Source: an uncultured delta proteobacterium (lineage in GTDB: Bacteria > Myxococcota_A > Polyangia > Haliangiales > Haliangiaceae). From it: 64,000 nucleotides of DNA. Numbering within the stretch: position 1 is the stretch's first letter; each line of letters starts with the position of its first letter. Position numbers and translations under genes: made by a program. Location: contig CAVYYE010000009.1 in the NCBI GenBank assembly GCA_963772655.1, forward strand, positions 150,343 through 214,342, written 5' to 3'. The notes under the pieces were generated by a model, which saw nothing but the letters and a program-made list of their open reading frames with translations, made no database searches and was not told the origin of the DNA. This document shows positions 41,702 through 51,098 of the stretch, piece after piece.

Positions 41702-42217
41702 GTCATCGTGATCGTAGGAGGTGGACTTACCCGGCGCAAAAAAACCTCACCCGGGGAGACCTCGCACGCTCGATGGCGCATCACTTCGCTAAGCGATTAC
41801 CGAAGCCGATGTCTACGTCGATCAGCCGGCGAGCTGGAGCACGAGCACCGTCGCCAGCGCCAGCGCGACACCGATGACGAACCCGATCGCGGGTCCCGGA
41901 TGCCACGGCTTGCCGGGCTCGCGGCGGCTGCGGCGTCGACCTACGCGCCGACCGTACGCGGTGCGACGACGACGGTGCCTGGAACGACGCGACGCGCCGG
42001 GCACCTCGAGCGTCTCCGCCAGGGCCACGTCGCCCTCCATCTTGTTGATCGATGGCATGGCGCTTCGGCATAGCGACGATCGTGCCGGCAGCTAACCGGG
42101 CATCGTGTCGTCCACGACCGGCGAGGTTCCACCACCGTCGAACACCCGCCACCACGTCCCTGACGCCGCCGACCTGACGCCGCACCCGCGAAACCGACTA
42201 CGCGTTACGCTGGTCGC

Positions 42218-43066
42218 GTGACCTCCGTCGAGCGGCGACCTCCGGTGATCGCGCTGTGCGTCACCGCGTTGATCGGGTTCGCCGCCAACTCGCTCTTGTG
42301 CCGCTCGGCGCTCGGCGACGGTGCGATCGACGCCGCGAGCTTCACCGCGATCCGCATCGGCTCGGGTGCGATCGTGCTCGTCGTATTGTCGCGTGCGCGC
42401 TACCGCGGCCACGGTAGCTGGGCGTCGGCGGCGGCCCTGTTCGCGTACGCCGCGGCGTTCTCGTTCGCGTACCTCCGGCTCACCACCGCGACCGGTGCGC
42501 TCGTGCTGTTCGCCAGTGTGCAGGTCTCGATGATCGGATGGGGCATCGTGCGCGGTGCACGCCCGCGTTCGATCGAGTGGCTCGGCATCGCGATCGCCGC
42601 CGCCGGGCTCGTCGTACTCGTACTTCCCGGTCTCGCCGCCCCCGACCCACTCGGTGCGGCACTGATGGCGGTATCCGGAACCGCGTGGGGCGTGTACTCG
42701 CTCCGCGGGCGCGGTGCCTCTCGTCCGCTCGCATCGACCGCCGACAACTTCGTTCGCGCGCTGCCACTCGCCGCACTCCTCCTGATCGCCATCCCGATCG
42801 CGGGCGACGGCACGCTCTCGACCACGGGCGTCGTGCTCGCGGTCACCTCCGGTGCCCTCGCCTCCGGCGTCGGGTACAGCCTGTGGTACGCGGCGCTCCC
42901 CCACCTCGCGCCCACCCGCGCCGCGATCGTGCAGCTCGCCGTGCCGGTGTTCGCCGCGGCCGGCGGTGCCGTCGTGCTCGGCGAGGTGGTCACCACCCGA
43001 CTGGTCGTCGCATCGCTCGCCATCCTCGGCGGCATCGCCCTCACGCTCCTCGGCAAGCAACGCTGA
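42218..43066 (+). CDS. EamA/DMT-family transporter (10 TM)
   Basis: Two EamA repeats, hydrophobic throughout (ALCVTALIGFAANSLLCRSAL...). Confidence 0.85.
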   Translation: MTSVERRPPVIALCVTALIGFAANSLLCRSALGDGAIDAASFTAIRIGSGAIVLVVLSRARYRGHGSWASAAALFAYAAAFSFAYLRLTTATGALVLFASVQVSMIGWGIVRGARPRSIEWLGIAIAAAGLVVLVLPGLAAPDPLGAALMAVSGTAWGVYSLRGRGASRPLASTADNFVRALPLAALLLIAIPIAGDGTLSTTGVVLAVTSGALASGVGYSLWYAALPHLAPTRAAIVQLAVPVFAAAGGAVVLGEVVTTRLVVASLAILGGIALTLLGKQR

Positions 43067-43148
43067 GGCGTCGTGGTCCGACGTCGCTTCCCCGGTCGAC
43101 CTGGTTGCCGGGTGTCCGCTCGCGAAGTCTCCGTGCTACACACCAGGA

Positions 43149-43511
43149 ATGTCGCGGGTCCGCATCGGAACGTGTTCGGGGCTGGCCGATGCGGCGGTGG
43201 TTCGCGCCGCGCTCGAGGCCCACGACATTCCCGTGGTCATCAACGCCGAGCAGCACGCCAGCATGCTCGGGGGCCTCGGCGGTAGCTTCGTTCCGCTCCA
43301 CATCTTCGTCGACGACAGCGACGCCGAGGATGCCGCCGCGATCCTCGCCAAGATGCGCGACCACGGGGGCGCCGGCGAGGAGCTCGACGAGGACGAGCCG
43401 ATCGACGTCGAGGCCGAAGCCGCGCCAGACTTCGAGGACGAGGACGACGACCGCGACGAGGACGACGACGACGACGACGAGACGAGGACGACGAGGACGA
43501 CAACGCGGTGA
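43149..43511 (+). CDS. DUF2007-like small protein with an extremely acidic C-terminal tail
   Basis: MSRVRIGTCSGLADAAVVRAALEAHDIPVVINAEQHASMLGGLGG..., then poly-D/E encoded by a (GAC)n/(GAG)n repeat. The ATG at 43149 sits inside a longer low-complexity ORF. Confidence 0.6.
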   Translation: MSRVRIGTCSGLADAAVVRAALEAHDIPVVINAEQHASMLGGLGGSFVPLHIFVDDSDAEDAAAILAKMRDHGGAGEELDEDEPIDVEAEAAPDFEDEDDDRDEDDDDDDETRTTRTTTR

Positions 43512-43726
43512 TGCTCGCCCACGCCGACCGCCGTCGCCGGGTCGGCATCATGCTGCTGCTGTCGCTCGGGATCATGGTCGCCGCGCCCTACGCGTTCATC
43601 CACCCGGTGATCGGCACGAGCGCCGTGATCGCCGGCCTGATCGCGATGGCGATCCTGCTCGGTCGCTGGAGCACCGGCCGCCCGCGGCCGCCCGACGAGC
43701 TCCCGCGCGCACGGGTCAAGCGCTGA
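43511..43726 (+). CDS. Small two-TM membrane protein (71 aa), translationally coupled (TGATG)
   Basis: MLAHADRRRRVGIMLLLSLGIMVAAPYAFIHPVIGTSAVIAGLIAMAILLGRW. Start overlaps the upstream stop. Confidence 0.4.
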   Translation: MLAHADRRRRVGIMLLLSLGIMVAAPYAFIHPVIGTSAVIAGLIAMAILLGRWSTGRPRPPDELPRARVKR

Positions 43727-43775
43727 CCCGCGCTAACGATTGCCCTGACCTCGGCACGTTCGCTATCGTGAGTGC

Positions 43776-44876
43776 GTGCAGCGGGTGGTGATCGTGTTCG
43801 GGTGTCTGGCCGCATGTGCTGCCGGTGCGATCCACCACGACGACGCACGACTCGTCGCGCGCAACGCGATGATCCGAGCGAGCGGCGACGCAGCGGCGCT
43901 ACGTCGAATGCTCCGCGACTCGGTCACCGACGGCGGGTTACGGTTCGTGGACGACACGTGCAACGACCGGTTCGGCAAGCCGCAGGAGATCCACGGTGAC
44001 GCGCAGCTCGACGCGTTCGCACGATGCCTCGCGACGCTACCGATCGTGCAGAGTACGCGCGACGATGCGCTCGCCGATGTCGCGGTCCTCCAGTATGCGC
44101 CGGGGTTCGAGATCGAGGCCCGCCTGGTCGAGAGCGATTCCCCTCACCTGATGTGGATCGGTGCCTCGGCGCGCAGGAGCACCGACACGGCACCAACCAT
44201 CACGTCCGAGGCACTCGAGACCCATCGCCTGACCGGGGACCGCGACGGGCCCCTGACCGTGGCGCTCGCGGAGCTCGAGGACCCGGCCCATCACGCGGGG
44301 TTCGTGCAGTCGTGGCTGAAGGTCTGCGTCGACGACCAGGGGACCGTGACCTCCGCGGACTCGTTCGAGACCAACTCGCTGCTCGCCGATCAGGCGTTCG
44401 TCGCCGCCGCGAAGCAGTGGACGTTTCGACCGTTCGAGGTCGACGGCGCCGCGATCCCCGTGTGTGCGATGACCCGGATGACGTATCCCTCGGGTGCCAA
44501 CACGCAGGCCGAGGTGATCCCGCTTCCTCCCCCACCATCGCGAGGCAAGCGGCCACCGGTGATGTTCTCGCAGAGCGCCGCGAAGCTCGTGGAGGGCCAC
44601 CGGATCGCCGGCACGCGCCTCGTGGTCCCCGATCCCGAGGACAAGATGACGATGATGTCTCGTGGAGAGACGCGCGCGAAGGGACGCTTTCGCGTCTGCA
44701 TCGACGAACACGGCACGGTCGAGTCGGTGGTGCCGGTCGTGTCGACGGGCCTGCCGCGCTACGATCGTCAGATCGTCCTCGCGCTCGACGCGTGGCGCTA
44801 CTCACCGTTTCTTGTCGACTCCGAACCCGTACCGATCTGCACGTACATCACGTTCGTGTACACGCAGCACCGTTAG
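43776..44876 (+). CDS. Secreted protein with two TonB C-terminal-like domains
   Basis: GTG start, N-terminal signal (VVIVFGCLAACAAGA). Two segments match the TonB_C pattern (AAKQWTFRPFEVDGAAIPV...; LALDAWRYSPFLVDSEPVPICTYITFVY). Confidence 0.5.
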   Translation: MQRVVIVFGCLAACAAGAIHHDDARLVARNAMIRASGDAAALRRMLRDSVTDGGLRFVDDTCNDRFGKPQEIHGDAQLDAFARCLATLPIVQSTRDDALADVAVLQYAPGFEIEARLVESDSPHLMWIGASARRSTDTAPTITSEALETHRLTGDRDGPLTVALAELEDPAHHAGFVQSWLKVCVDDQGTVTSADSFETNSLLADQAFVAAAKQWTFRPFEVDGAAIPVCAMTRMTYPSGANTQAEVIPLPPPPSRGKRPPVMFSQSAAKLVEGHRIAGTRLVVPDPEDKMTMMSRGETRAKGRFRVCIDEHGTVESVVPVVSTGLPRYDRQIVLALDAWRYSPFLVDSEPVPICTYITFVYTQHR

Positions 44877-46417
44877 TCGGCGCCATAGAGCTCGAGGCCG
44901 AGCGTGATCGCGTACGCGGGGTCGCTTCCGCCGGCATCGATCACGCCGCCGCGCAGATACGGCCCGACGCCGGCGTGCGCGCGCGGCCAGTACGTGCGAT
45001 CGCCGGGCAGCCGCAGCGCGATACCCGCCTGCGCGAGATCGCTCGACAGCGCCGCCGCTCGCGCCGGATCGCCGGCGATCCGGTAGTCGAGCTGCGCGTC
45101 GATCGTCGCGTGGAATGGACCCAGCGGCAGCTCGAGCCACGCGCCGACGGGAACCGCCGCGTGCAGCCCGTCGGGAATCGTCGAGATCCCGCCGGCGACA
45201 CCGAGCATCGCGCCACCCAAGCGCACGCCGATGCCGATCGGCATCAACGCGCCGGCGAAGCCGTCGGACGTGATCGTCGCGCGCGCCGCGCCACCGAGCC
45301 CGATCGGAACGCGCTTGCCGAAGTGCACGCGTAGCTCGCCGAGCCCGGATTTCGACGTGGTGCCGCCGCTGGAGACCAGCCCGAGCCCACCACCGAGCTC
45401 GATGCCGAGCACGGTCCCGCTCGGATCGCCGCGCAGCGGACCCGTGAAGATCGGCGGCGGCTTCACCGCGGGTCCACCGGTGTGCGCCGCAAGCCACGCG
45501 AGGATGTCGTCCTCGACGCGCGTGCCGTCGGGCTCGTGCACGAGGTCGTGTTTGAAGCCCTCGTAGATCCGCAACGTCTTGTCGGTGGCCGGCGCGGCCT
45601 CGATCAACGCGCGGCTTCCCGACGGCGCGGTCAGCAGATCCTTGGTGCCGTGCAGCGCGAGCACCGGCATGGTCAGACGATCGATGTGGGCCCAGAACGA
45701 CGCCGCCCCGGCGGCGAGCCCGGCGGCGGTGCGCGCCGGGTTGGGGCCGAGCTCGACCAGCGGATCCTTCTTCATCGCCGCGACCACGGCGGGGTCGCTC
45801 GAGAAGTCCTCGGGCTTCAGGTCGAGGGCCCCGAGGTTCGGCGCGATGACGCCGAGCAGCCGCACGCCGGCGACGCCGATCGGCGGCACGCCGAGGTTCA
45901 GTGCCGCACCCGACAGGATCACGCCCGCGATCCCCGGTGGCTGTCGCTCGACCACGGTGGCCGCGACGATCGCGCCGCCCATCGAGTGACCCATGATGAA
46001 GATCGGTTGGCCCGGCTCGGCAAGGTGTACGAGGCCGATGAACCGATCGAGATCGTCGACGTAGTCCTGCCAATCCCTCGGTGCGACGCGCGGTCCCGCG
46101 GAGCGCGCGTGACCGCGGAGGTCGGCTGCGTAGACGGCGAACCCCGCCGCGGCGGCGCGACGCGCGAGGTGATCGTAGTTGTCGGAGTGATCGTTGAGAC
46201 CGTGCTGGATGATCAACACGCCCTTCTGCGGCGCGGAGGTCGCGGGCCACTTGCGGCGGAATAGCTGGGTGCCGTCGGCGGCCTGGAAGCTCCCGACCTC
46301 CTCGCCCGCCGGCGCCGGCGTCTCGGGTCGAAACGGTACGTTCGGTGCGTGCGCACACGCAAACAGCGCGAGCATCAGCACGAGCGAAACGGCGGCAACA
46401 CGCATGACGCGCAGCAT
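44873..46417 (-). CDS. Alpha/beta hydrolase (lysophospholipase / monoglyceride-lipase family) with an about 190-aa Gly-rich C-terminal extension
   Basis: ATG at 46417: MLRVMRVAAVSLVLMLALFACAHA signal. HGLNDHSDNY, nucleophile elbow GHSMGG, and His near the domain C-terminus (FKHDLVHEPD). C-terminal alternating Gly/hydrophobic pattern (LGIELGGGLGLVSSGG...ITLGLELYGAD). Confidence 0.8.
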   Translation of the reverse strand: MLRVMRVAAVSLVLMLALFACAHAPNVPFRPETPAPAGEEVGSFQAADGTQLFRRKWPATSAPQKGVLIIQHGLNDHSDNYDHLARRAAAAGFAVYAADLRGHARSAGPRVAPRDWQDYVDDLDRFIGLVHLAEPGQPIFIMGHSMGGAIVAATVVERQPPGIAGVILSGAALNLGVPPIGVAGVRLLGVIAPNLGALDLKPEDFSSDPAVVAAMKKDPLVELGPNPARTAAGLAAGAASFWAHIDRLTMPVLALHGTKDLLTAPSGSRALIEAAPATDKTLRIYEGFKHDLVHEPDGTRVEDDILAWLAAHTGGPAVKPPPIFTGPLRGDPSGTVLGIELGGGLGLVSSGGTTSKSGLGELRVHFGKRVPIGLGGAARATITSDGFAGALMPIGIGVRLGGAMLGVAGGISTIPDGLHAAVPVGAWLELPLGPFHATIDAQLDYRIAGDPARAAALSSDLAQAGIALRLPGDRTYWPRAHAGVGPYLRGGVIDAGGSDPAYAITLGLELYGAD

Positions 46418-46466
46418 ACGACCGTGATCGCCGATCGGATCGATCAACGCGCTCGCGAAACCGGGC

Positions 46467-46949
46467 TCAGAAGTCGCCAGCCACGCCGACGCCCGGCACG
46501 GTATCGAACGTACCGTCGACCACGACCGGCGCGAGCGATAGCGTGAAGTGCGGGTCTTCGTGGCGGGGCAGGCGGCGATAGACCTCGCGACGAAGCACGC
46601 GCCAGATCCACGGCATCTCGAACGCGGGCCGTCGCGCCACCGGCGCGCGCAACGCGAGCGACACCGGCTGCGGATGATCGACGTGCAGCGCGGGACGGAG
46701 TGACACCGTGCGATCGGCGGCATTTGGAGTGCTCGCCGTCTCGCTACCGGAGTCATCGCCACCCGACTTCGCTTCCGCGGCCCCACCTCGGTGGGGCATG
46801 CGGACGAGCGCGATGCGCTGTCGAGAGTGCTCGGCGGGGCCGCTCGCGGAGTCTCGTGTCTCCGCGACCACGCACGTGGCCCCCCTGGGACACGCCGACG
46901 CGATCGGTGCGCCTGCGATCAGGACGATGGACAGCACGAGGAGGCGCAC
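46467..46949 (-). CDS. Hypothetical small secreted protein
   Basis: MRLLVLSIVLIAGAPIASACPRG signal-like N-terminus. No recognisable domain. Weak coding evidence. Confidence 0.35.
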   Translation of the reverse strand: MRLLVLSIVLIAGAPIASACPRGATCVVAETRDSASGPAEHSRQRIALVRMPHRGGAAEAKSGGDDSGSETASTPNAADRTVSLRPALHVDHPQPVSLALRAPVARRPAFEMPWIWRVLRREVYRRLPRHEDPHFTLSLAPVVVDGTFDTVPGVGVAGDF

Positions 46950-47134
46950 GTAGCTGGTTCACGCAAGCACCGTACCGCCCGGTGGGTGCCGCCAACTCGG
47001 CGTGTTGCCTCGCGAACGCGCCGGGTCTTCCGTCCGTGGATGCCCGACTTGCCGGGACGGACGTCCCCGAGACCTCGTCTAGATCGTGGGCGGGCCTGGT
47101 CGAAGGATCGACACGGGCGAGCTCGGCGGGGGGG

Positions 47135-48091
47135 TCAGTTCGTCGCCTGCAAGATCTCGGCGGCCCCGCGTCCGAGCAGATCCCGAGCGATGCCCTTGCC
47201 GAGCGCCTCGGCGTCGTCGGGGCTGCCCTCGGCCTCGGCGCGGAGGATCTTCGAGCCATCCGGCATCCCGCACATCGCGACGATCCGGATCTGACCGCCG
47301 GCGTCGACCGCATGCGCGGCGAGCGGGGTCTGGCAGCTGCCACCCATCTCGAGCAGGAACGCGCGCTCGGCGGCGACACGGCGCGCCTCGGCGGCATCGT
47401 GGATCGCGCGATGGACGAGCTCGAGCACGAACGGATCGGACTCGTAGGTCCGGCTACGCGTCTCGATCCCGAGCACGCCCTGCCCGACCGCGGGGATCGA
47501 GATCTCGAGCGGCAACTCCTGGGTGATGTGATCGGCCATGCCGAGCCGCGTGAGCCCGGCAGCGGCCAGGACGATGGCGTCGAACTCGCCGGCCTCGAGC
47601 TTGCCGACCCGCGTCGGCACGTTGCCGCGGAGCATCAGGATCTCGAGGTCGGGTCGCTTCGCGAGTAGCTGGCACTTGCGCCGCAGGCTCGACGTCCCGA
47701 CGCGTGCGCCCTTCGGCAAGGCGTCGAGCGTCGTGGCGCCGACACCGTCGCGTACGCACAGGGCGTCCCACGGCACCTCGCGGCTCGACACCGCGAACAG
47801 CTCGAGCCCGCGCGCGAGCTCGGCCGGGACATCCTTCATCGAGTGCACGGCGAGGTCGGCGCGCTTGTCGAGGAGCGCCTGCTCGATCTCCTTGACGAAC
47901 AGTCCCTTGCCGCCGACCTCGGCGAGTGGGCGATCGAGGATCATGTCCCCGGAGGTCTTGATCACCTCGAGCGCGACCTCGAGCCCCGGCATCACGGCCA
48001 TCATCCGCGCCTTGAGGTGCTCGGCCTGCCACAGCGCGAGCTTGCTGCCGCGCGTCGCGATCACGATCCGTTCGCTCATTACTGATTGCAC
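47135..48091 (-). CDS. hemC: Hydroxymethylbilane synthase (porphobilinogen deaminase)
   Basis: IVIATRGSKLALWQAEHLKARM...GGKGLFVKEIEQALL...the cofactor-binding Cys region. 318 aa. Confidence 0.95.
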   Translation of the reverse strand: MQSVMSERIVIATRGSKLALWQAEHLKARMMAVMPGLEVALEVIKTSGDMILDRPLAEVGGKGLFVKEIEQALLDKRADLAVHSMKDVPAELARGLELFAVSSREVPWDALCVRDGVGATTLDALPKGARVGTSSLRRKCQLLAKRPDLEILMLRGNVPTRVGKLEAGEFDAIVLAAAGLTRLGMADHITQELPLEISIPAVGQGVLGIETRSRTYESDPFVLELVHRAIHDAAEARRVAAERAFLLEMGGSCQTPLAAHAVDAGGQIRIVAMCGMPDGSKILRAEAEGSPDDAEALGKGIARDLLGRGAAEILQATN

Positions 48092-48095
48092 CTCG

Positions 48096-49481
48096 TCATT
48101 GCATCCCGGCCTTCTTCTGCACGGTCTCCGACTCTGCCACGGAAGCCGGCGCCAGCGTCGGCTCGGACTCGGGGTTTGTCGTGTCGGTCCCGGCGGCCTC
48201 CTCCTCCTCGGGATCGATCCCGAACAGGGCGCACGCGACCTCCGCCCGGAGCATCGCCTCGTCCCCCACCGACTCGCGCAGGGCCGCGGTCGGCGTGTGG
48301 AGCAGCTTGTTGACGATCAGCTGCACGGTGCGCTGCAGCAGCTCGCGTTGCTGGTCGCGCGAGTAGTCGCGGCGCGACAGCTGCTCGAGGGCCTTCTGGA
48401 GCTCGCCGTCGGCCACGGCGTGGAACCGCTCGCGCAGCGCCTTGATCGTCGGCACCACGCCCTGGACGCGCAGCCACTGCTCGAACTGTCCGGCCTCGTG
48501 CTCGACGATCCGCCCCGCCTGCTCCGCCGCCTTCGCGCGCTCCGACAGGTTGGCCGCGACGATCTTCTCGAGGTCGTCGATGTCGAACAAGTACACGCTA
48601 TCGAGCTCGCCGATCGCGGGGTCGGCGTCGCGTGGCACCGCGATGTCGATCACCGCGATCTGGCGCCACTTGCGCTTCTTCATCACCTTCTTGAACAGCG
48701 CACGCGTCAGGATCGGCTCGCGCGCGCCGGTCGAGCTGATCACGATGTCGGCATCGATCAGCAGCTGTTCGAGCTGCTCCCACGGCCGCGCGACACCGTC
48801 GATCTCGGCGGCCAGGATCTCCGCCTTGGCCGGCGACCGGTTGGTGACGGAGATGTCCTGCGCGCCCGAGGCGTACAGGTGGCGGGCCGCCAGCCGCGAC
48901 ATCTTGCCGGCGCCGACCACCAGCACGCGCTTGCCGTCGAGGTCGTCGAACACGCGACGGGACAGCTCGACGGCGACCGTCGAGACGTTGGCTGCACCGC
49001 GCGAGATCGCGGTCTCGGTGCGAACTCGCTTGGCGACGCCGAACGCACGCTCGAGACAGCGGCCGAGCACGGGGCCCGACGTGCCGGCGGTTCCGGACGT
49101 CGCGTAGGCCGCCTTGAGCTGACCGAGGATCTGGGCCTCGCCGATCACGAGAGAATCGAGTGCGCTCGCGACCTTGAAGATGTGGCGCACGGCGGAGTCG
49201 CCTCGGTGGTCGTAGAGCACGTCGGCGACCGCGGCGAGCGCCAGCCCGCGCTGCTCGGCGAGGAACGTCCGGACCGCGCCGATCGCGTCGGTGCCGGGCC
49301 GCGCCACGCCGTAGACCTCGACCCGGTTGCACGTCGAGACCAGCAGCGCCTCGGCCACCGGATGCGCGGTGACCAGCGCGCGCAATGCCGGCTCGATCTC
49401 GTCTTCGGGGAATGCCAGCTTCTCGCGCACCGCGACCACCGCGGTCCGCCAGCTGATCCCGACGACGAACAGCTCGCTCAC
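48096..49481 (-). CDS. hemA: Glutamyl-tRNA reductase
   Basis: GTG start with GGAGGA SD: MSELFVVGISWRTAVVAVREKLAF..., LLVSTCNRVEVY (catalytic Cys), NADPH Rossmann VLVVGAGKMSRLAARHL. The upstream part of the ORF overlaps the next gene. Confidence 0.95.
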   Translation of the reverse strand: MSELFVVGISWRTAVVAVREKLAFPEDEIEPALRALVTAHPVAEALLVSTCNRVEVYGVARPGTDAIGAVRTFLAEQRGLALAAVADVLYDHRGDSAVRHIFKVASALDSLVIGEAQILGQLKAAYATSGTAGTSGPVLGRCLERAFGVAKRVRTETAISRGAANVSTVAVELSRRVFDDLDGKRVLVVGAGKMSRLAARHLYASGAQDISVTNRSPAKAEILAAEIDGVARPWEQLEQLLIDADIVISSTGAREPILTRALFKKVMKKRKWRQIAVIDIAVPRDADPAIGELDSVYLFDIDDLEKIVAANLSERAKAAEQAGRIVEHEAGQFEQWLRVQGVVPTIKALRERFHAVADGELQKALEQLSRRDYSRDQQRELLQRTVQLIVNKLLHTPTAALRESVGDEAMLRAEVACALFGIDPEEEEAAGTDTTNPESEPTLAPASVAESETVQKKAGMQ

Positions 49482-50317
49482 GCCGCGATCCTCCGCAGCA
49501 AATAGATCACGAGCACCAGCACCGCAGCGGCGAACCCGGCGAGCGAGAGCCGAGCGGCCTTCCGCCCGCGCCAGCCGTAGACCTGACGTGCGACGAGGAG
49601 GCCCCCGAACGCCAGCCAGGTCACCGCCGCGAGCGGGTACTCCGGGCGATCGAGCGACTCGCCGAGCTTGCTGACCCAGATCGCACCGAGCACGAGGGCG
49701 AGCGTGAAGATCGGGAACCCGATCCAGATCAACCGGTGGCTGACCCGGTCGAGCGCCTCGAGCGGCGCGCCGCGATCTTTGAACGCCGCGGCGTCGAACT
49801 TCTTCTTTCTGAGCGCGCGATCCTCCACCAGGTAGATCGCCGACAGCGCGCTCGCGAGTGCGAACACGCCGACCCCGACGGTCGCGAGCGAGATGTGGAT
49901 CCGCCCGAGCACCGACAGGTCCTCTCGCGCGGACCCCGCGGGCGTCAGCCGGGCGGCGAGCAGCATGATCATCGACACCGGCATCAACAAGACGCCGCCG
50001 ATCGTGAGGCGATAGCGTGCGCTCGCGAGCAGGTAGCCGCCGGTGATGATGAAGGCCAGAAAGCCGATCGCCTCGCGCACCGACTGCGCCGGGTGCACGT
50101 GCTCGGTGCCGCGCCACCCGATGTCGGTGCCGTGCGCCGCGAACGCGACCGCCACCAGGGCGATCGCGAGCGGGCGCGCCTTGGCCTTGCCGGCGAGCAC
50201 GCCGAGGAGCGCCGCGGTCGCCGCCGCGTAGGCCGCGATCGCGACCCAGAACGCCGGCGATGGGGCGACCGAAAGGAGCCGCTGCCCCGCCGTCACAGCA
50301 TCGAGCGGTGCGCTCAC
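49478..50317 (-). CDS. CcsA/ResC-like cytochrome c assembly family membrane protein (HemX-like position upstream of hemA)
   Basis: 8 predicted TM helices. The W-rich region is reduced (WIGFPIFTLALVLGAIWVS). GTGA overlap with hemA. Confidence 0.75.
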   Translation of the reverse strand: MSAPLDAVTAGQRLLSVAPSPAFWVAIAAYAAATAALLGVLAGKAKARPLAIALVAVAFAAHGTDIGWRGTEHVHPAQSVREAIGFLAFIITGGYLLASARYRLTIGGVLLMPVSMIMLLAARLTPAGSAREDLSVLGRIHISLATVGVGVFALASALSAIYLVEDRALRKKKFDAAAFKDRGAPLEALDRVSHRLIWIGFPIFTLALVLGAIWVSKLGESLDRPEYPLAAVTWLAFGGLLVARQVYGWRGRKAARLSLAGFAAAVLVLVIYLLRRIAA

Positions 50318-50333
50318 ACTCCGCCCACCTCGC

Positions 50334-50633
50334 TCACGGCGGTAGCGGCTCGCCGATGAAGCCGTCGATCACGTCGTACGCGGTATCCTTGAGGATCACC
50401 GAGCTTTCGAACTGCTCGCCGCCGTGCTCGTCGAGCCATTCCTTGGATTTCACCAGACCCACGAGGTCGTTGGGGTCGTGATCTTGGCCGGTGGCGCGGA
50501 TGAAGTGGACGCCGGGCTTCATCACGAATGCGCGTCCGAGCTCGGTGAGCGTCATCCGATCACCCTCGAGTGACGCACGCCCCTCTGCTGTCCACGCATC
50601 GAGGCGCTCCACCGAGATAAAGAGGCGCGACAT
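50334..50633 (-). CDS. Hypothetical 99-aa protein upstream of the ccsA-like / hemA genes
   Basis: Uninterrupted ORF with reasonable codon bias. MSRLFISVERLDAWTAEGRASLEGDRMTLTELGRAFVMKPGVHF... No known motif. Confidence 0.45.
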   Translation of the reverse strand: MSRLFISVERLDAWTAEGRASLEGDRMTLTELGRAFVMKPGVHFIRATGQDHDPNDLVGLVKSKEWLDEHGGEQFESSVILKDTAYDVIDGFIGEPLPP

Positions 50634-50737
50634 GCTTGGGAGAATTCTACCGCTCGGGGATGCAGCCGCCTAGGTGTCCAGGTTGCCAGCAGCACCCCAG
50701 GGGGTTACATAAGGGGACCTTCGGAGGTAAACGACCT

Positions 50738-51067
50738 ATGGCCAACGCGAACGTCAAGGAGCTCACCGATAGCAACTTCGAGTCGGAAGTCCTCAAATCC
50801 GAGATTCCGACGCTGGTGGACTTCTGGGCCGTATGGTGTGGCCCCTGCAAGCAGATCGCGCCCACCGTCGACGCGCTCGCCACCGAGTACCAGGGCCGGC
50901 TCAAGGTCGCCAAGATGGACGTCGACCATCACCAGGTGGTCCCGCAGCAGTACGGCATCCGCTCGATCCCCACGCTCTTGATCTTCAAGGGTGGCAAGGT
51001 CGTCGGCCAGCTGGTCGGCGCGGCCCCCCGCAGCAAGCTCGAAGCCGAGATCCAGAAGCACCTGTAG
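50738..51067 (+). CDS. trxA: Thioredoxin
   Basis: WCGPCK active site, MANANVKELTDSNFESEVLKSEIPTLVDFWAVWCGPCKQIAP. GGAGGT SD 9 nt upstream. Confidence 0.95.
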   Translation: MANANVKELTDSNFESEVLKSEIPTLVDFWAVWCGPCKQIAPTVDALATEYQGRLKVAKMDVDHHQVVPQQYGIRSIPTLLIFKGGKVVGQLVGAAPRSKLEAEIQKHL

Positions 51068-51098
51068 ATCCGGCCCCGCGGCCGCGTTCTCGTCCGAT

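Noticed and set aside
43041-43603. Minus-strand ORFs (107 aa, 155 aa, 111 aa) over the DUF2007 / poly-Asp region
   Set aside because: Poly-Ser/Arg translations generated by the GAC/GTC repeat on the opposite strand.
50636-51067. Extended 143-aa trxA ORF starting at 50636
   Set aside because: Thioredoxin begins at the ATG at 50738, with a GGAGGT SD 9 nt upstream. The upstream 34 codons lack an RBS and conservation.
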